Assembly: GCA_009914755.4 (NCBI GenBank)
Contig: CP068257.2
Span: 480,001-544,000 of the forward strand
Source: the human T2T-CHM13v2.0 reference genome, Homo sapiens
Reading direction: 5' to 3'
Length of the DNA: 64,000 nt
Positions within the stretch are counted from its first letter, which is position 1, and every line of letters begins with the position of its first letter. The translations under genes were made by a program, and so were the position numbers. A model generated the notes under the pieces. It saw only the letters and a program-made list of their open reading frames with translations, had not been told where the DNA came from and did no database searches. Shown in pieces: positions 60,601-64,000 of this stretch.

Positions 60601-62702
60601 ATATCTCTGTCCTGATCACCCAGGTGATGTAACTCTTGTCTAGGCTCTGCCTACTGGAGGCATTGTGACATATCTCCTCATTGATCACCCAGGTGGTGTC
60701 ATTTTTGTCAAGGATATGGCCAGAGGGACATTGTGACATGTCACTGCACTGATCACACAGCTGATGTAACCCTTGTCTAGGCTCTGGATACAGGGGGCTT
60801 GTGACACATTTCTGCACTGATCACCCAGGTGATGGAACCGTTGTCTAGGCTCTGCCAAAAGGGGTTATTGTGACATAACTCTGCAGTGATCACCGAGGTG
60901 ATTGGACGCTGGTCTAGGCTCTGCCTACAGGGGCATTGTGACATATCTCTGCAGTGATCACGCAGGTGATGTAACTCTTGTCTATATCTACCTACTGGTG
61001 GAGTTGTGGCATATTTCAGCACTGGTCACCCAGGTGATGGACTCTTGTCTTGGATCTGCCTATGGGGTTATAGTGACATATCTCTGCACTGATCACTCAT
61101 GTGATGTAACGCTTGTCTAAGCTGCGTCTAAAGGGGAATTGTGACAGATATCTCCAGTGATCCCCCAGGTGATGTATCAATTTTCTGGGATTTGTCTACA
61201 GGGGGCTTTGTGACATATCTTTGCACTGATCACCCAGGTGATGTAACTGTTGTCTAGGCTCCACCTACAGGGGATATTGTGACGTATCTCTGCACTGATC
61301 ACCCAGGTGATGTAACATTTATCCAGCCTCTGCCTATAGGGGCGTTTTGGCATATCTCTGCACAGATCACCTAGGCTATGTAACTCTTGTCCACTCTCTG
61401 CCTACACGGGTCATTGTGAAATATCTCTGCCCTGATCAACCAGGTGATGGTACTCTTCTCTATACACTGCCTAGAGGGGGATTTGTGACATATCTCTGCA
61501 CTGATCACCCAGGTGATGGAATTCTTGTCTAGGCTCTGTCTATGAGGGCATTTTGTCAAATATCTGCACTGATCACCCAGGTGATGTAACTATTCTCTAG
61601 GCTCTGTCTACAGGGATTTTAATGACATATCACTGCACTGATCACCTAGGTGATGTAAGCCTTGTATGGGCTTTGCATACCGAAGGCTTTGTGACATAGT
61701 CTATGCACTGATCTCTGAGGTGATGCTACTCTTGTCTAGGCACTGCCTACAGGGGTCATTGATATATATCTCTGCACTGATCACCCAGGTGATGGACTCT
61801 TGTCTTAGATCTGCCTACATGTATATTCTGACACATATCTGAACTGATCAACCAAGTGATGAAACACTTGTCTAGTCTCTGCCTTCAGGGGCTTTGTGAC
61901 ACATCTCTTCACTGATAACCCTGGGGAGGGAACTCTTGTCTACACTCTGCCTACAGGAGGCTTTATGACTTTTACCTGCACTGATAACCCAGGTGATGTA
62001 ACACTTGTCTAGGCTCTGCTACAAGGGAATTCTCACATATCTCTGCACTGATCACCCAGGTGATGTAACTCCTGTCTAGGTTCAGCTACAGGAGCGTTTT
62101 GACATATCTCTGCACTGATCACCGAGGTGATGTAACCCTTGTCTAACCTCTGCCTAAAGGGGCATTGAGACAGATCTCTCCACTGCTCACCCAGGTGTTG
62201 TAACTATTTTCTGGGCTTTGCCTACCGGGGGCTTTGTGACATACGTTTCCACTGATCAAACAGGTGATGTAACCCTTGTCAAGGTTCTGCTTACAGGGGC
62301 TTTGTGACATATCTCTTCCCTGATCACCCCAGGGAGGAAACACTTGTCTACACTCCGCCTACAGGAGGCTTTACAAACTATCCCTGCACTGATCACTAGG
62401 AGATGTAACATTTCTAGGCTCTGTCTACACGGGAATTTTCACATATCTCTGCACTGATCACCTAAGTGATGTAACCCTTGTGTTGGTTGAGCCTACTGGG
62501 GATTTCTGACATACCTCTGCACTGATCACCGAAGTGATGTAAATCATTTCCAGGCTTTTTGTACAGGGGACATTGTGATATATCTCTGCACTTATCACCC
62601 AAATAATGCAAATCTTCTCTAGGCTCCACAGGGAGGGGGCATTGTGACATATTTCTGAACTTATCATCCAGGAGATGTAGCTCTTCTCCAGGCTTTGACT
62701 AA
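57611..62702. repeat. Diverged beta-satellite spacer 3 (5.1 kb)
   Basis: The 68-bp monomers are diverged throughout. The 5' ~0.9 kb and the 3' ~1.35 kb are colinear with the other spacers. Confidence 0.85.
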
Positions 62703-64000
62703 AGAGCGTCGGAAGGTGTTGGGAGAGCCTCAGCCAGAATTTCCCAGATGGACAAGGGCACAGAGAGGCCAGCGGGCTCCCTTGCACGTCAGCCGGGGTG
62801 TTCAATGAGCCCAGGTCTCGTCATGAGGCCGGCAAAGAGAGCTAGACGTGTGCGTTCCGCGGCTAGGCGCTCCATGGTGGCAGCTGGGAGGCTGCAGGGA
62901 ACGTGCAGGCTGGCGATGGTGGTGTGGAGGTGCAGAGTACGCGAGCCACCGGAGGGGTGTCAGGCCTGGACGCTGCGCAGGCTTGGTGTTTCTCTGGATG
63001 GGGTTCTCCACCCAGCCCAGGGGAGGATGCATTTTCCGGGGTTGGGGTATGGGGGTGGGGAGGGGGTGGTCAGGCGGGGATGGGGTGTGGGAAAGGCATG
63101 AGAGCTCTGCCCGTGTTGCTCCCACAGCCCAGGCGGCTGCCTGCAAACTCGCGCGTGCGCAGTAGGCGGCCCAAATGCTGGTACCTGGGCCGGCTCTGGG
63201 ATCGCCGGGATACCCAGGAAAGAATGGCAGTTCTCTGCTTTGGGGAGTCTCTCACCAGGCCTAGACCTAGAAGGCAGGAATCCCAGGCCGGTCAGCCCCG
63301 TGGAGGGGGCGGGGGCAAGACACGACCCTCCATAGCCAGCCATGTGTTTCCTGCGAAAGAGAGGCCACAGCCCTGCCCCGGCCCAACCCCGTCCCAACCC
63401 CGCGTCCTGAAGCTCCTCCATCAGAGCCCGGTATTCTTCCTCGTTGAGGCGTGCTTCCAGCGAGGCGGCCCTTTCCAAGGCCTCCAGCTCCCCCAGGGTC
63501 TCCGTTTCTTGAAAATGTTTTGCCTGCTGCAGGAACTCTGGGCTCGCCAGGACCTCATCCAGCAGCAGGCTGGAGGGGTGTGCAGACGAGCGCCCCTGCT
63601 CCTGGAGTGCCTGGGAGGGCGCCGGGATGCCTTGCATCTGCCCCTGCCACGAGTAGGCCTCCGGGGCCGCGGGCTGGCGAGGTGGAGCTGTCCCGGCTTG
63701 CCCCAGCCCCACCACGGACTCCCCTGGGAAGTTAGTGGCGCAAGCACACCTTGGCCCTGTAGCCCCGCTTGAGCGGTTCCAGGCTGTCCCACCGCACAAG
63801 GGCCTGGCAGGCCGTCGCGCTACGGGTCCCGGTCCTCCTGGCTTTTGCCCGTGTGCGGAGGCCAGCGAGGTGCCTGAAGGTGGGAGAGCGTCCATTCCGG
63901 ATGAGCCGGGGCAGTGTAGTCAAAATCCCCGTGGGCCGGGGCAGGTTGGGAGGTCCCCTCTGCCAGCGCGGCCTGGCTGGGCTGGAGCACGGGGATGGCC
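62703..64000 (-). repeat. D4Z4-like GC-rich repeat unit 4 (partial, truncated by the window end)
   Basis: The unit starts with the same junction 'gactaaagagcgtcggaaggtgttgggagagcctcagc'. Confidence 0.8.
63407..64000 (-). pseudogene. DUX4-like gene copy, C-terminal part only within the window (unit 4), with stop-codon loss
   Basis: ORF 62960-63895 (311 aa) contains ...[47 protein letters not shown]. The DUX4 stop position reads CAG (63407-63409) instead of TAG, so the frame continues for 148 more codons into the 3' GC-rich region. The homeodomains lie beyond position 64000. Confidence 0.75.

Overview
This window is primate (human-like) satellite DNA, not a gene-dense or prokaryotic region. 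A young Alu insertion and DUX4 double-homeobox homology establish that.

Two architectures are present.

(1) Positions 1 to ~39,620 are a highly homogenised beta-satellite array. Its 68-bp monomers carry the Sau3A site (consensus-like ...ctgcactgatcacccaggtgatgtaactcttgtctaggctctgcctacaggggcattgtgacatatct). They are organised into higher-order repeats (HORs). A ~1906-bp HOR of 28 monomers runs from 1 to ~18.4 kb. It then switches, with one extra monomer, to a ~1974-bp HOR of 29 monomers from ~18.4 to ~39.6 kb.

(2) Positions ~39,620 to 64,000 are a composite tandem repeat with a 5.9-7.9 kb period. Each copy joins a diverged beta-satellite spacer (3.1-5.1 kb) to a ~2.75-kb GC-rich, CpG-rich D4Z4-like unit. 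Each unit carries a DUX4-like double-homeobox gene on the minus strand. Four such units are present. Units 1-3 are complete and unit 4 is truncated by the window end.

In units 1-3 the DUX4-like copy is a pseudogene by stop codon or frameshift. Unit 4 has lost its stop codon and the rest of its gene lies outside the window. Unit 3 is striking. A single in-frame TAG splits an otherwise continuous ~411-codon DUX4-like frame.

One young AluY-type element, with a ~31-nt tail and 14-bp target-site duplications, interrupts spacer 1. The only credible protein-coding homology in the window is the DUX4-like family. The many 60-150 aa ORFs on the minus strand of the satellite are artefacts of the repeat.

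I see no CRISPR array, no RNA genes, and no sign of a novel defence or biosynthetic system. The points worth a second look are structural and evolutionary. The leading ones are the HOR switch, near-identical HOR copies, the homogeneous array being a re-amplified piece of the composite spacer, and the near-intact DUX4-like copy; the findings also cover monomer-level indels, promoter-box variation and G-rich blocks.
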